Shown here: piece after piece, positions 1-10,400 of the stretch | Layout: the number at the start of each line of letters is the position of its first letter | Position numbering within the stretch: position 1 is the first letter of the stretch | IMG/VR virus record: IMGVR_UViG_3300023174_000123 | Span: 21,332 to 85,331 of that record | DNA: 64,000 nt | Strand: one strand, 5' to 3' | DNA from: a virus | Program-made: the position numbers and the translations under genes | Notes under the pieces: model-generated | What the model was told of the DNA's origin: nothing | Seen by the model: the letters and a program-made list of their open reading frames with translations, nothing else | Databases searched by the model: none

Positions 1-1
1 T

Positions 2-82
2 GTGCGCAGTCCAGCTACCTTGTTGGGTGTGTTGACTCCTACCCAGCCCAACTTCTACGCTGCCAGAAACGTAAAGGCCTGA
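2..82 (+). CDS. 3' end of a gene entering from the left edge (..VRSPATLLGVLTPTQPNFYAARNVKA*)
   Basis: Open frame from base 2 to TGA at 80-82, 2 nt before the next ATG. Confidence 0.5.
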   Translation: MRSPATLLGVLTPTQPNFYAARNVKA

Positions 83-84
83 TC

Positions 85-528
85 ATGGCCAATTTCCGTC
101 AAGGCGTATACACTGTTAGGAATCCTCAAAAATACGTGGGCAAAGGCACCCCCAGATACAGATCGGGCTGGGAGCTTACTTTTATGATGTTTCTTGACAG
201 CAATGACAACATTGTTCAATGGGCTTCAGAAAGCATTACCATACCCTATAGAAATCCCATCACCGGCAAGCAAAGCATGTATGTGCCAGATTTTTTTGTG
301 ACTTACCGTGGACGTGACAATACCACACGTGCCGAACTGATAGAAATCAAGCCCAAAAAACAAAGTCTAATTGAAAGTAAAATGAGCGACCGAGACCGTG
401 CTATTGTGGCAGTCAACTACGCCAAGTGGGATTCTGCAACCAAATGGGCACGGCGCAACGGACTCACATTTAGAGTAATCAACGAAGACATGATATTCCA
501 TCAAGGTAGTCGAAAAACCGGTAAATAG
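85..528 (+). CDS. Head completion nuclease, T4 gp4-like (TnsA-type PD-(D/E)XK)
   Basis: YRSGWE..F...D....WASE...IPY...Y.PDF...LIEIKP..N.AKW pattern typical of gp4. Confidence 0.85.
   Translation: MANFRQGVYTVRNPQKYVGKGTPRYRSGWELTFMMFLDSNDNIVQWASESITIPYRNPITGKQSMYVPDFFVTYRGRDNTTRAELIEIKPKKQSLIESKMSDRDRAIVAVNYAKWDSATKWARRNGLTFRVINEDMIFHQGSRKTGK
522..527 (+). promoter_or_regulatory. T4-type late promoter core TAAATA
   Basis: TAAATA 4 nt before ATG 532; the same motif recurs before many structural genes. Confidence 0.6.
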
Positions 529-531
529 GTC

Positions 532-1029
532 ATGACTCGTCGCCTTGAAGAACTGTTTGATTTGCCACCCAGTGGTAGCACCAGCGAAACCACTGAACCC
601 GAATCTATTCCTGCCACGCAGATAGCACTCAAAGAAATCAATGCTACCATAGACAAAATTGACGAAGCCCTGCCGGCTGTGCGAGGCTTGGATGCGTCTG
701 ACACTGAAATGGATGAAATAGCAGCCAAGGCACAAGAGACCTTTGACAATTTGATGGACTTGGGGTTCAATGTAGATAGTCGTTACAGCGGCGAAATATT
801 TGCAGTGGCTGGCACCATGCTGGGCCATGCGCTCACAGCCAAAACGGCCAAGCTAAACAAGAAGTTGAAAATGGTCGATCTGCAACTGAAAAAGCTCAAA
901 ATGGATCAGGATCGGGCCAGCACTGCCGGAGATGAAGCAGTGGAAACGGCACACGGACAGATATTGAGCCGCAATGATTTGCTAGAGCGTCTGATGGCGT
1001 CTAGAGACCAAAAAGATACAAAAGCATAA
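532..1029 (+). CDS. Probable terminase small subunit (gp16-like)
   Basis: Size, central helical pair followed by a coiled coil (..TAKLNKKLKMVDLQLKK), C-terminal SRNDLL motif, late promoter, next to gp4. Confidence 0.45.
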   Translation: MTRRLEELFDLPPSGSTSETTEPESIPATQIALKEINATIDKIDEALPAVRGLDASDTEMDEIAAKAQETFDNLMDLGFNVDSRYSGEIFAVAGTMLGHALTAKTAKLNKKLKMVDLQLKKLKMDQDRASTAGDEAVETAHGQILSRNDLLERLMASRDQKDTKA

Positions 1030-1050
1030 ATATCATATAGGGATACAAAT

Positions 1051-1659
1051 ATGAAAAAATTTCAAGAATACCTGGCCGAAAGCGAAAGAACCTACCGCTA
1101 TAGGATCAAAATCGTGGGTGACGTAGCACCTGACTTTGTCAAGATGCTGACTGAAAAACTCAAACAGTTTGATCCGGTCAAGATTGGTTCGCCAAAAACC
1201 ACGCCGGTGCAACTCAAGCCTGCTGACTTCCCCAAGCACAGCAATGACTCAGTGACCAGCATGGATTGTGAATTCCGCTATCCAGCCATTGAACCACAGA
1301 TCAAACAGATCGCACAGTTATTGTTCTTGGATCCTAATAGAATCATCATGTTGACCACACCGCACGAAGACAGCATGGACGTCGAGCGTGAAAAGATCGC
1401 GGATCAAAACAAAGATCTGCTCACTGACACAGACTATCCTGCTCCTGACGCTGAACAAAAGGCACTCAGCAAAGATTATTCGGCACCCTATGACGAACAT
1501 GCTGTGTTGAAGAATGCCTATCGCAGTGACTTCACAGTAGCTGGAGGCAAGACACCACCAGCCAAGACTACAAATGATTTGCCTATGGGCACATCAAGCC
1601 CTATGACCAAGGTCAAGCGACCACCACGCCCAGCCACTGGCGCCAACCCAAGAGGATAA
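1051..1659 (+). CDS. Hypothetical virion/head protein with capsid-targeting-like N-terminus (MKKFQEYLAE)
   Basis: TAAATA at 1027-1032 and an SD; N-terminus resembles T4 IPII/IPIII MKTYQEFIAE. Confidence 0.6.
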   Translation: MKKFQEYLAESERTYRYRIKIVGDVAPDFVKMLTEKLKQFDPVKIGSPKTTPVQLKPADFPKHSNDSVTSMDCEFRYPAIEPQIKQIAQLLFLDPNRIIMLTTPHEDSMDVEREKIADQNKDLLTDTDYPAPDAEQKALSKDYSAPYDEHAVLKNAYRSDFTVAGGKTPPAKTTNDLPMGTSSPMTKVKRPPRPATGANPRG

Positions 1660-1663
1660 CAGC

Positions 1664-3574
1664 ATGACATTTTTTTACGACCTAAATAAGAAGTTGGCTG
1701 ACCTGGCCAAGAAACAAGACCTTGTTGAGAGTGCTCAGCCAGTGGCTGAACGTAGCACTGGTGACTACTCGGCCAAGAAAGCTGCTGCGGGCAAAGACAT
1801 TGGTAAGCCTGGCAAGATGTTTTCAAAGATTGCTAAGTCGGCAGGCGAGCGTTATGGCTCCAAAGAGCGTGGCGAGAAAGTTGCAGGTGCTGTATTAGCC
1901 AAACTGCGTGCCAAAGAAAGTGCCGGCAACATGGATGAGAGTGCTCTCCAAGCATACCTGGGTAAAAAGAAATACGGCGAGACTGGCATGAAGGCCCTGC
2001 AGAAAGCCGGCCGTGAAGGCGCCAGCAAAGAGACCATGGCCAAGATCCGTGCCAAACACGACAAGATGGACGAAGAAATAGCCGACGAAGGCAACGCATT
2101 TACAGCCAAGCTCAAGAGCACACCCAAGGGTGGCGAGTTTGAACTGGATGGCAAAAAATACAAAGACACCAGCAACATCGAAGAGAAAAAAGAAACCAAA
2201 AAATCTCGCAGTGCTGGCACAGCATTTGATCCTGAAGTGGCCAAATCAATGTTTGCCACCAAAGACGAGCATCCAAGATATGATGTCAAAGACACAGGCT
2301 ACAGTAAACGTTACACAAGAAAAGAAGAACCTGAAGAAAAAGATGATGTAGAAGTCACGGATCAACCCAAGAAGAAAGGTCGTCCAAAAGGTCCTGAGAA
2401 AGGTCCTGAGCGTGTAACCAAAGGCAGCCACAAGTACAAAATGGTCAATGGCAAGCGTGTCAAGAAAGAAAAGACCGAAGAAGATCTTGACACCGACGGC
2501 GTCATGATGACACGTCCGTCAAACATGAGTTCGGAAGACATTGAAAGTGTCAGCCTGATCAACAAAGGTGAATACGATCGTGAAGGCGAAATGGCCAAGG
2601 ACGATTTGGAAAGTCTTGCCATGGCTGCCAAAGAGTTGCATGCCATTCTTGGCGACGATGAAAATCTGCCTGAGTGGGTCCAAAGCAAAATCACCAAGGC
2701 CTTGGATTATATCAACAGCAGCAATCAATACATGCATCAACAAAAAGATGATGCAGAACCCGTGGCAGAAAAAGCCGTCAGCCAGGCACAACGCAGAGCC
2801 GCTGGCATAGCACATGCCGCACAAAAAGGCGAGATCCCCAAAAGCGAGTTGCGTGGCGCGTCAAAAGAAATGGCCCGGATGCCCAAGGGTGAACTGCACA
2901 AGTTTGCAGCGACCAAAGAAAAAGGTCTTCCAAAGAAAGTCAAAGAAGCCGGCAAACCCGACTTTTTAGATCTTGACAAGGATGGCAACAAGTCCGAACC
3001 CATGAAACAAGCTGCCAAACAAGCCAAAGGCAAGACGAAAGAAGAAGCCGTTGACGAAACAACTGTAGCCGGATCAGTGGCCACAGCACCCACTGGTGGT
3101 AAATCCAAGGGCGGTGTGCAGTTTGGCAAGGGCGTGTATGAAAGCCTGGATCGAAAGTTCCGGCAGGCACTCACAGAAGGCATGAACGTAAGTGTGAACA
3201 TGAACACTGGTCCTGATGGTAATCCCAGCAAGAACATCACTGTCAGTGCCGACGGTGAAGATGCAGAAGCCTTGGCCGCATTGTTAAAGATGGCTGGCAT
3301 GGGCGGTCACGACAACGCAGAAAGCTGTGGCACCTGTGGCAAAGCACCCTGTGGCTGTGAGGAATTAGATGAGAACAGCCCAGACTGGCCCACAAACACA
3401 GAAACCAGCGACAATGCCATGCAGTATTCAGGAGGCCTCAATGGTCCTAAATCAACTGGACAAACAACAGTTCCTGTGATTGCCAGCCAACTGCGTCGCC
3501 AAGTTTCAATGGAAGAGTCAATGGAACTTGAGCGCAATCTGTTCCGTTTATACCAAAACTATAAAGCACAATGA
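1664..3574 (+). CDS. Large Lys/Glu-rich modular internal-head protein containing a DUF3008-like module and a DxDxDG loop
   Basis: KAVSQAQRRAAGIAHAAQKGEIPKSELRGASKEM..FAATKEKGLP (DUF3008-like, ~2771-2941); DFLDLDKDGNK; EGEMAK..LPEWVQSKIT; CGTCGKAPCGC. Confidence 0.65.
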   Translation: MTFFYDLNKKLADLAKKQDLVESAQPVAERSTGDYSAKKAAAGKDIGKPGKMFSKIAKSAGERYGSKERGEKVAGAVLAKLRAKESAGNMDESALQAYLGKKKYGETGMKALQKAGREGASKETMAKIRAKHDKMDEEIADEGNAFTAKLKSTPKGGEFELDGKKYKDTSNIEEKKETKKSRSAGTAFDPEVAKSMFATKDEHPRYDVKDTGYSKRYTRKEEPEEKDDVEVTDQPKKKGRPKGPEKGPERVTKGSHKYKMVNGKRVKKEKTEEDLDTDGVMMTRPSNMSSEDIESVSLINKGEYDREGEMAKDDLESLAMAAKELHAILGDDENLPEWVQSKITKALDYINSSNQYMHQQKDDAEPVAEKAVSQAQRRAAGIAHAAQKGEIPKSELRGASKEMARMPKGELHKFAATKEKGLPKKVKEAGKPDFLDLDKDGNKSEPMKQAAKQAKGKTKEEAVDETTVAGSVATAPTGGKSKGGVQFGKGVYESLDRKFRQALTEGMNVSVNMNTGPDGNPSKNITVSADGEDAEALAALLKMAGMGGHDNAESCGTCGKAPCGCEELDENSPDWPTNTETSDNAMQYSGGLNGPKSTGQTTVPVIASQLRRQVSMEESMELERNLFRLYQNYKAQ

Positions 3575-4308
3575 AATCGCTAAAAGACTATCTCGTAGAA
3601 AGTGAACAATGGATGAACACACCTGCTGCAGGTGACATCTTTGCGTTTGAACTTCCTGATGAAGTCTTGTGTGAGACCTACGTCATTGAAGTTGCTGATG
3701 ATTGTATCCTACTAGATTCTACACCAGAGATCAACGCAGCCTTGGCCGAATGGGCCACTCTTGAAGACTCCGACGAAGGTGATTCAGGTGTGATCATGGA
3801 AACCATGGGCTACGGCACCTTGGTCGGCGAAGGCGCCATGAAAAAAGAAATGCACGCAGCCGCAGAAGAAATGAGCCTGGAAGATTTCAAAGACCGCTAT
3901 GGTGACGAAGACTGGATTGAAGAATTTTGGCGAGTCAGTAACGGTGTGGATAAAGATATCGACGAAGACCAAGATGCGGCTGTGGTAGCTGGCAAAGAGG
4001 CTGCTATTGATGCCGCACAACGCTTGGCCACCGACGAAGCCGAATATCAAGGCCGCAAAGTAGCCCTGGGCAAGCCCATGGCAGGTGATGTCAAAAAGTT
4101 TAAGGTGTATGTCAAAGATCCCAAGACAGGCAATGTAAAGAAAGTGAACTTTGGGCATGGTGGCACCAGCGCCAAACGTGCTGGCCAAAAGACAATGCGT
4201 ATCAAAAAATCAAATCCTGCACGTAGAAAAAGTTTCCGGGCCCGTCACAACTGTGCCAACCCAGGCCCAAGAACAAAAGCACGCTATTGGTCGTGCCGTA
4301 AATGGTAA
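3571..4308 (+). CDS. Hypothetical head protein: acidic N-terminal half plus basic DUF6321-like C-terminal domain
   Basis: KKFKVYVK..KKVNFG..RKSFRARHNC..ARYWSCRKW; N-terminus MKSLKDYLVE. Confidence 0.65.
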   Translation: MKSLKDYLVESEQWMNTPAAGDIFAFELPDEVLCETYVIEVADDCILLDSTPEINAALAEWATLEDSDEGDSGVIMETMGYGTLVGEGAMKKEMHAAAEEMSLEDFKDRYGDEDWIEEFWRVSNGVDKDIDEDQDAAVVAGKEAAIDAAQRLATDEAEYQGRKVALGKPMAGDVKKFKVYVKDPKTGNVKKVNFGHGGTSAKRAGQKTMRIKKSNPARRKSFRARHNCANPGPRTKARYWSCRKW

Positions 4309-4323
4309 TCAAGGAAAACAAAA

Positions 4324-4617
4324 ATGGCCGCAAACGTATATACCACACTAGCTAACACAACTGTTTACACAGACAAACTACAGATTGCCACGGCGGCTAA
4401 TGCTGTGACATACCAAGTCTATGCAACCGCATTGGGTTCAGCCGCAGCCGTGGGCAACTTATATTCTACACCAATCACCATTCCGCCCAACACAGTGTTT
4501 GAAGTATATTCAGGAGCTGGCAACAAAGTCACTGTCACCGGAACACCATTTACAGCCCTGGAATTAGGAACCCAAAGTTCTGCTCAATATAGCGTTTTTA
4601 ATTCCGCAGGACAATAA
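4324..4617 (+). CDS. Small beta-rich hypothetical (probably structural) protein
   Basis: AAGGA SD, Thr/Ala/Gly-rich composition. Confidence 0.6.
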   Translation: MAANVYTTLANTTVYTDKLQIATAANAVTYQVYATALGSAAAVGNLYSTPITIPPNTVFEVYSGAGNKVTVTGTPFTALELGTQSSAQYSVFNSAGQ

Positions 4618-4619
4618 CA

Positions 4620-5000
4620 GTGCGTGCCCGAGAATTTGTCTCCGAAGCCAAACGGGGAGGAGCCCGATCTGCACCTGCTCACGAATTTGAACAAGCTCAT
4701 CCTGGCCTAGTCATGCCCGGCGGCAAAGGTGATGTGTATTGGGGCCGCTACTATGATCACTATCGTGTTAGCAGTTTGGCTGGCATGGATCCAGCGGACA
4801 TTGACAAAATAGATGAAATTAATTTTTGGGGCAACTTGCCTGTGTTTAGTGCCTACACTGAATATGATCGCCGCAAACTCAAAGCGATCATGAAAAAACT
4901 TAAAATGAATCCCACAGATGCCATTGGCGACGGCAGTTATGAAACCACAGGCACCAACAAGACCAGTCCTGTCAAGGCCTTTCGAGGCTACACTCGCTAA
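4620..5000 (+). CDS. Hypothetical protein, MRAREF paralog 1
   Basis: GTG start; shares N- and C-terminal motifs with 5876 and 6271. Confidence 0.7.
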   Translation: MRAREFVSEAKRGGARSAPAHEFEQAHPGLVMPGGKGDVYWGRYYDHYRVSSLAGMDPADIDKIDEINFWGNLPVFSAYTEYDRRKLKAIMKKLKMNPTDAIGDGSYETTGTNKTSPVKAFRGYTR

Positions 5001-5879
5001 ATGTGCGTGATCGTTGCCAAATGGTTTGACGGCACGGGCTGGGCCGGTGCCAAGAACCGTGACAGAACCTACACACCTGAATTAGATTTCATTGAAAGCA
5101 AAGCTGGCAATGTTGATCGCATGATGATGCATGATCTTGTCACTGGCTATAAAGAAGGTATCAACAGCCAGGGTGTCAGCATATTGAACACCAGCCTGGA
5201 CGTTGGCAACGACGAAACCGAAGTAGAAAGCGGCCGAGTCAAGTCCAGTCCCGACGGGCGGATCATAGCCGAAGCCTTGTCTTTACCCACGGCCGAACAA
5301 GCCGCTGGTTTGTTGATAAAGAATCAATTGTGTGGTTGTACCATGGTGTTTGATCAAGACGACATGATCTTGATCGAAGCTTCAAACTGGGATGGTAAAA
5401 GGCCCTATAGATTCCGGGCACGAAGGATACCTAAAACACAAACAGTGGCCAGGACCAATCACGGCATCTGGATGCCCACAGCTGGCATGCAACGTGACAA
5501 ACGAGATAAACAAAAAACGCTAGATCGCATCAGCAGTGAAAGCCGTTTATTGCTGGCTGAGGAAGTGGTAAAACAAGCACAACGACCCGAAGATCTAGTG
5601 GATGGCATGTGCCGTGTCTACATCAATGACCCGCAACTAAATATACTTAGGACCAGCACAGATGGGCGTAAAATGCGCACAACCAGCCAACAACTGTGTG
5701 TGCCAAAAGAACGAACCTTGTATTGTCGTCCTGTGAGTAGTCACATGAAGTTTGATTTTTGGAGCCTGAATCGCCCTACTACAGATGTGTGGGTTGAGCT
5801 AATGAGCAACAGAGAATTATGGCAGAATGTCAAAGGTGATCCACCTTTTGGCAGTATGCAGTTAAAGGACATGGAATGA
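5001..5879 (+). CDS. N-terminal-nucleophile (Ntn) cysteine hydrolase, C45/AAT/NRDE-like
   Basis: Cys2 after Met, AKNRD, EGINSQG, RTNHG and SSESR motifs. Confidence 0.7.
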   Translation: MCVIVAKWFDGTGWAGAKNRDRTYTPELDFIESKAGNVDRMMMHDLVTGYKEGINSQGVSILNTSLDVGNDETEVESGRVKSSPDGRIIAEALSLPTAEQAAGLLIKNQLCGCTMVFDQDDMILIEASNWDGKRPYRFRARRIPKTQTVARTNHGIWMPTAGMQRDKRDKQKTLDRISSESRLLLAEEVVKQAQRPEDLVDGMCRVYINDPQLNILRTSTDGRKMRTTSQQLCVPKERTLYCRPVSSHMKFDFWSLNRPTTDVWVELMSNRELWQNVKGDPPFGSMQLKDME

Positions 5880-6274
5880 GAGCAAGAGAATTTGTAGCTG
5901 AACAACGCTATGGCGCCGCCAAGGATGTACCGGCCAGCGGAAAAAAACTACCTAAATCTCATCGCAGTGCTATCAAAGGCGCAATCAGCATGCCTGACAT
6001 CAGCCAGACCAAACAAGGCGGCAGTCCTTACACACAGTGGCGATTTGGCATAGCCATGGCCGGTGCACCTGATTATCCTACACCACCTGCAGGTGCCTTT
6101 GCCGGCGATCCGCTGTTGGCCACCTATTCGGATGCCGACTTGAAAATCATCAACGCAGCTGCCAAATCAGTGGGAGCTGGTGAAGTCAAGAAGCTCACAG
6201 ACAATCGCAGCACCGAAGCAGACTGGGTCAACAAGACTAGCCCTGTGACAGGATTTGGGGGATACGGCCGATGA
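5876..6274 (+). CDS. Hypothetical protein, MRAREF paralog 2
   Basis: ATGA overlap; YTQWRFGIAMAGA core; NKTSPV..F.GY.R tail. Confidence 0.7.
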   Translation: MRAREFVAEQRYGAAKDVPASGKKLPKSHRSAIKGAISMPDISQTKQGGSPYTQWRFGIAMAGAPDYPTPPAGAFAGDPLLATYSDADLKIINAAAKSVGAGEVKKLTDNRSTEADWVNKTSPVTGFGGYGR

Positions 6275-6663
6275 GAGCCCGAGAGTTCATCCGTGAACAA
6301 CGAGAGCTTCCGCCCGAGATCTCGGAACCTTTGCGGTATACATACATACTGCCTGGACTCAGTGCCGCAGATCCTTACAGAAACTACAGATTTGGTGTGG
6401 CCATGGCCCGTGCTAGAAGTGACCGCGGCAAAGATCAAGATCAAGTAGATCACTTTATGCCGCCCTGGGAAGCAGAAACAGCCTTTGGCGAACATGGTGT
6501 GATATCGGGTTTTGATGCCAATGTGGATCCAGTGATCGACATGGCGCTAAAAATGACCAAGACACCCGGGGGCAAAAAGCTGGTCAGCTCGGCTGCTAGT
6601 GAAGAACCCGCCAGCACGGATAAAGTCAGTCCCATCAAACCTTTCCGAGGATATCCTAGATAA
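6271..6663 (+). CDS. Hypothetical protein, MRAREF paralog 3
   Basis: ATGA overlap; YRNYRFGVAMARA core; DKVSPIKPFRGYPR tail. Confidence 0.7.
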   Translation: MRAREFIREQRELPPEISEPLRYTYILPGLSAADPYRNYRFGVAMARARSDRGKDQDQVDHFMPPWEAETAFGEHGVISGFDANVDPVIDMALKMTKTPGGKKLVSSAASEEPASTDKVSPIKPFRGYPR

Positions 6664-6962
6664 TGGCCAATCCGCCACCGCCCTACGACGATCTCACGGG
6701 CATAAGCCGTACCGTGATGAAAGACAACGCCCAGGAAACAGTCACAAACTACAACGGCAACGCCAGACCCGCCGAAATGACCGTGAACATCAACACCAAT
6801 GAAATCTACATTGGCAATGCCACTGGAGCACTCACAAAAATCATACAGGTCACCGGATCCAACACCTTTTTGGGCAATGTGCGTGTGGCAAATTCTACCG
6901 CTGGACTCAATCAGCTGTATTTTGATCCGGCCACAGGTGAAATAGTCTACTACCAGCCCTAA
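6663..6962 (+). CDS. Small tail-fibre-associated protein
   Basis: RPAEMTVNINTNEIYIGN resembles the GE...NT....LYIG motif of fibre N-terminal domains. Confidence 0.5.
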   Translation: MANPPPPYDDLTGISRTVMKDNAQETVTNYNGNARPAEMTVNINTNEIYIGNATGALTKIIQVTGSNTFLGNVRVANSTAGLNQLYFDPATGEIVYYQP

Positions 6963-6991
6963 GCTAAATAAGCATTAAGGAACCTACGGAA

Positions 6992-7399
6992 ATGAAAATT
7001 GCAGATATCTTAAGAACACTAGCAGCTAATTTGGAACATGCCCAGGGCGGCACACCCGATCCACGCATACAGAATCCAGCTCAATTGATTGATGTAGTTG
7101 CTGTGGCAGACAACGATAAACCCAGCCCCAATGGGACTACGGATTCGGGCAACGACAAGGCACCAGAAAACACATTCCTGCCACCACTACAACAAAAGCA
7201 AGAATTGTTGAAAAAAGCAGTAGGGGTGGAGAATGTGTATGATGATGGCGGGCCAGAACATCAACACGCTGAAGAAACGGCTGAACAAGATGACATGACA
7301 GATGAACGTGATGACATAGTGGATCGTATCCGGCAACTCAGCGGAGTGCCCACAGCCGCTGTGCAAGAACTCAGCAACGACGAAGTATTTGACGACTAA
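6992..7399 (+). CDS. Hypothetical acidic late protein
   Basis: TAAATA at 6965-6970, AAGGA SD; PPLQQKQELLKK motif. Confidence 0.6.
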   Translation: MKIADILRTLAANLEHAQGGTPDPRIQNPAQLIDVVAVADNDKPSPNGTTDSGNDKAPENTFLPPLQQKQELLKKAVGVENVYDDGGPEHQHAEETAEQDDMTDERDDIVDRIRQLSGVPTAAVQELSNDEVFDD

Positions 7400-7409
7400 G
7401 GTGTAGTCT

Positions 7410-10400
7410 ATGAGCTACATCCAAAACTTATTCACCAGCCGAGACAACAACGCCCAGGGCAATACCTATGTGGGCCAAGAAGGCCGCATCTGGTGGAATC
7501 CTGATACCAATGCATTTTACTACAGCGACGGCAACACAGCCGGTGGTATTCCTGTGGGTACTGGCGGCGGCGGTCCTGGTGTGCCTGGTGGTCCTACCAA
7601 CTCAATACAATACAACGCAGGTGGTGGCAGCTTTGGTGGCTCAGCTAATCTAGTAGTTTCAGGAACTGGCCTAAGTGCTGTAGGTAACATCGCAGCGGCC
7701 TGGTTCATAGGAAATGTATCTGCCACGGGCAACATAGCTGGCGGCAACATCTTCAGCAACAACTATCTTTATGCCAATGGTCAGAGCATATTTGCCAACA
7801 TCTCATTGACTGGCAATGTGAATCTGGGCAATCTGTATGTGTCAGACCAAACCATCTACGGCAAGAATCTCAATGCCAACATAGGTCTCAGCCCCGAGGG
7901 TGATGGCTGGGTCACGGTGCCCAAGATCGACATAGATGGCATGACCATTGCCAACACTGGCACTGCACTGCAATTTGATACCGACGCTGGCATTGACATC
8001 CAGTTTGGTCCTGGCACCGGCGGCAACATACTCACGGCCGGAACCATAAAACCCACTGGCAACAATACGGCTGGCCTGGGTGCCGCCGGCAGTCGCTACA
8101 CTGATCTTTGGCTGGGATCGGGCAACATCAATCTCATTGACCAAACTCTAAACCAAAACCAACAGATCTACGCCAATCAAGGCAACTTGATCATTGGCAA
8201 TGCCACAGGTCTTTCATTTGGCAACTTCCTGTTCTATGGCAATGTCATGGCCTTGGCCAATGCCGCAGCCAACATTGAGATAGGCACTGCCAATGCCACG
8301 GGTTGGGTGCAGTTCAATCGTGCCATAGCGGTCAGCACTCAAGTGGGTCAAACAGCCTTTGCTGTGGAACGCGATGGCACTGTAGAGATCAACGTGCCCG
8401 GTGGCATTCCGGGTAACACAGCTGGTGCTCTCAACATTGTAGCCACCGCCGACGGTGCCTATCAGAATGTGACCAACTCGGGTGGTGTCATACATGCCAC
8501 CGGTCCTAACAACAGCATAGCACGTGTGACCATTGATGCCTTTGGCACCTCGGTAGCCAACAGTGTGTTTGGACAATTTATTGGACGTGCTGGACGAGGC
8601 ACTGCCAATGTGCCAGTGGCCTTGCAAGCCAATGATGTCATGGCCAGATTTGGTGCCGCAGGCTGGATTGACAGCACCAACAAATTCGCTCCTCAAGGAC
8701 TGCCCACACCCACGGCCATTGAAATGGTAGCTGCTGAAGCGCTTACAGCCAATACCTTGGGCAGCAAAATCAACATTTATGTCACACCCATTGGATCCAA
8801 TGTTCGCACCTTGGCTACCACTGTCAATGGCAACGGCATCAACTTCCCCAACACAGGTGCTGGGGGCACAGGCAATCTTGGCATAACCTTCCAGGACGGC
8901 TCGTTCCAGAACACGGCCTATTCACCAAGCAATTCGGTCAGCAGTCTCACAGCCGGTGCCGGCATCAACTTGTCCGGCAGCACCGGCAACATAACCATAA
9001 CCAACACTGGTATCCTTGGCGTCAACGGCACACCTAATCGTGTGTTGGTGACCAGCAACGTGGCCGGTGTGGTCACTCTCAGCACACCACAGGATCTCAA
9101 CACCACAGCCAATGTCACACTCTACAGCTTGACCGTGACCGACCTCAGCATCATTGGCAATGTCAGCAATGTCATACCCAGCACCGTGGATGGACCAGTG
9201 GTCTATGTGGCCAACACAGCCACGGTCTACAACAACATCAACAATTCGGGTCTTGTTATCGGCAACATAGCCAACAATGTCAGTGCTGGGATCTTGTACA
9301 AGACCAGCTCCAACACCTGGAATTTTGATTATGGCAATGCCTGGGGTATCACAGCCAACACTGTGTATGGCAACACAGGCCAGTTCAATGACCTTTTGCA
9401 TGTGGGCTTTGGCAATGCCACTATAGATTTCCCCAATGCCAGTCTACAGGCCGATTGCAACATTGACAGCTACAATCAGATCGTTATCCACAATCATTTC
9501 CAGGGAGCCAACGCCAGTTCAGACTTCGTGGCCGTGGCCAACAACGGCGATGACAGCAGTTACTACATAGACATGGGCATCAACAGCAATGTTTACAACA
9601 ATGCAGATTATGCCGTCACTGGACCCAATGATGGATATCTGTATGTGAATGGCGGCAACTTGATCATTGGCACTCAGACTGCCAACAAGACCATAAGATT
9701 CTTCACTGGTGGAACCAATACAGCCACCAATGTGCGTGGTACACTGAGTGATTCAGGACTCAGCATGGTGGGCAATGTGTCGGCCAACAACTTTGCAGGC
9801 AACACAGTGTCAGTGACCACAGTGTCGGCCACCACAGTCACCGGCACTACCGTATCAGCCACAGGCGTGGTCACAGCACCCAGCATCACCGGCGGAATAG
9901 TTTCTACCACAGGCACCATCACTGGCGGCAACTTGAGAACTGGCGGCAGCATATCTGCCACTGGCAATGTTACGGCTGGTAATTTGATCACGGCAACCAC
10001 GGTCATAGACGGTGGGGTCAGTACCACAGGCACAGTCACAGCGGCCAACATCAGCGGAGCCAACATCACGGCCTCTGGCACTGTCAGTGCCATTGGCAAT
10101 ATTAGCACGCCCAATTTGAATGCGTCTATTGCTATTGTGTCAACCCTGCTCAGCATCACCGGCAACATCGACGGTGGCAACCTACGCACTTCAGGCATAA
10201 TTTCAACCACGGGCAATGCCACATTTGGCAATGTGCAGACCACAGGACGTGTCAGCGTCACTGGCAACATTGACGGCGGAAATGTTCGTACCGCAGGTTT
10301 GGTCACTGCCACCGGCAACATCAGCACCGCAGGTTATTTCTTGGGTGACGGTGGCCTGCTCAGCAACATCACAGCCTCAACAGGAACCAAGATTGTAAAC

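Noticed and set aside
85-528. TnsA-like nuclease as a Tn7 transposon
   Set aside because: No TnsB/C or terminal repeats; size and context fit head-completion gp4.
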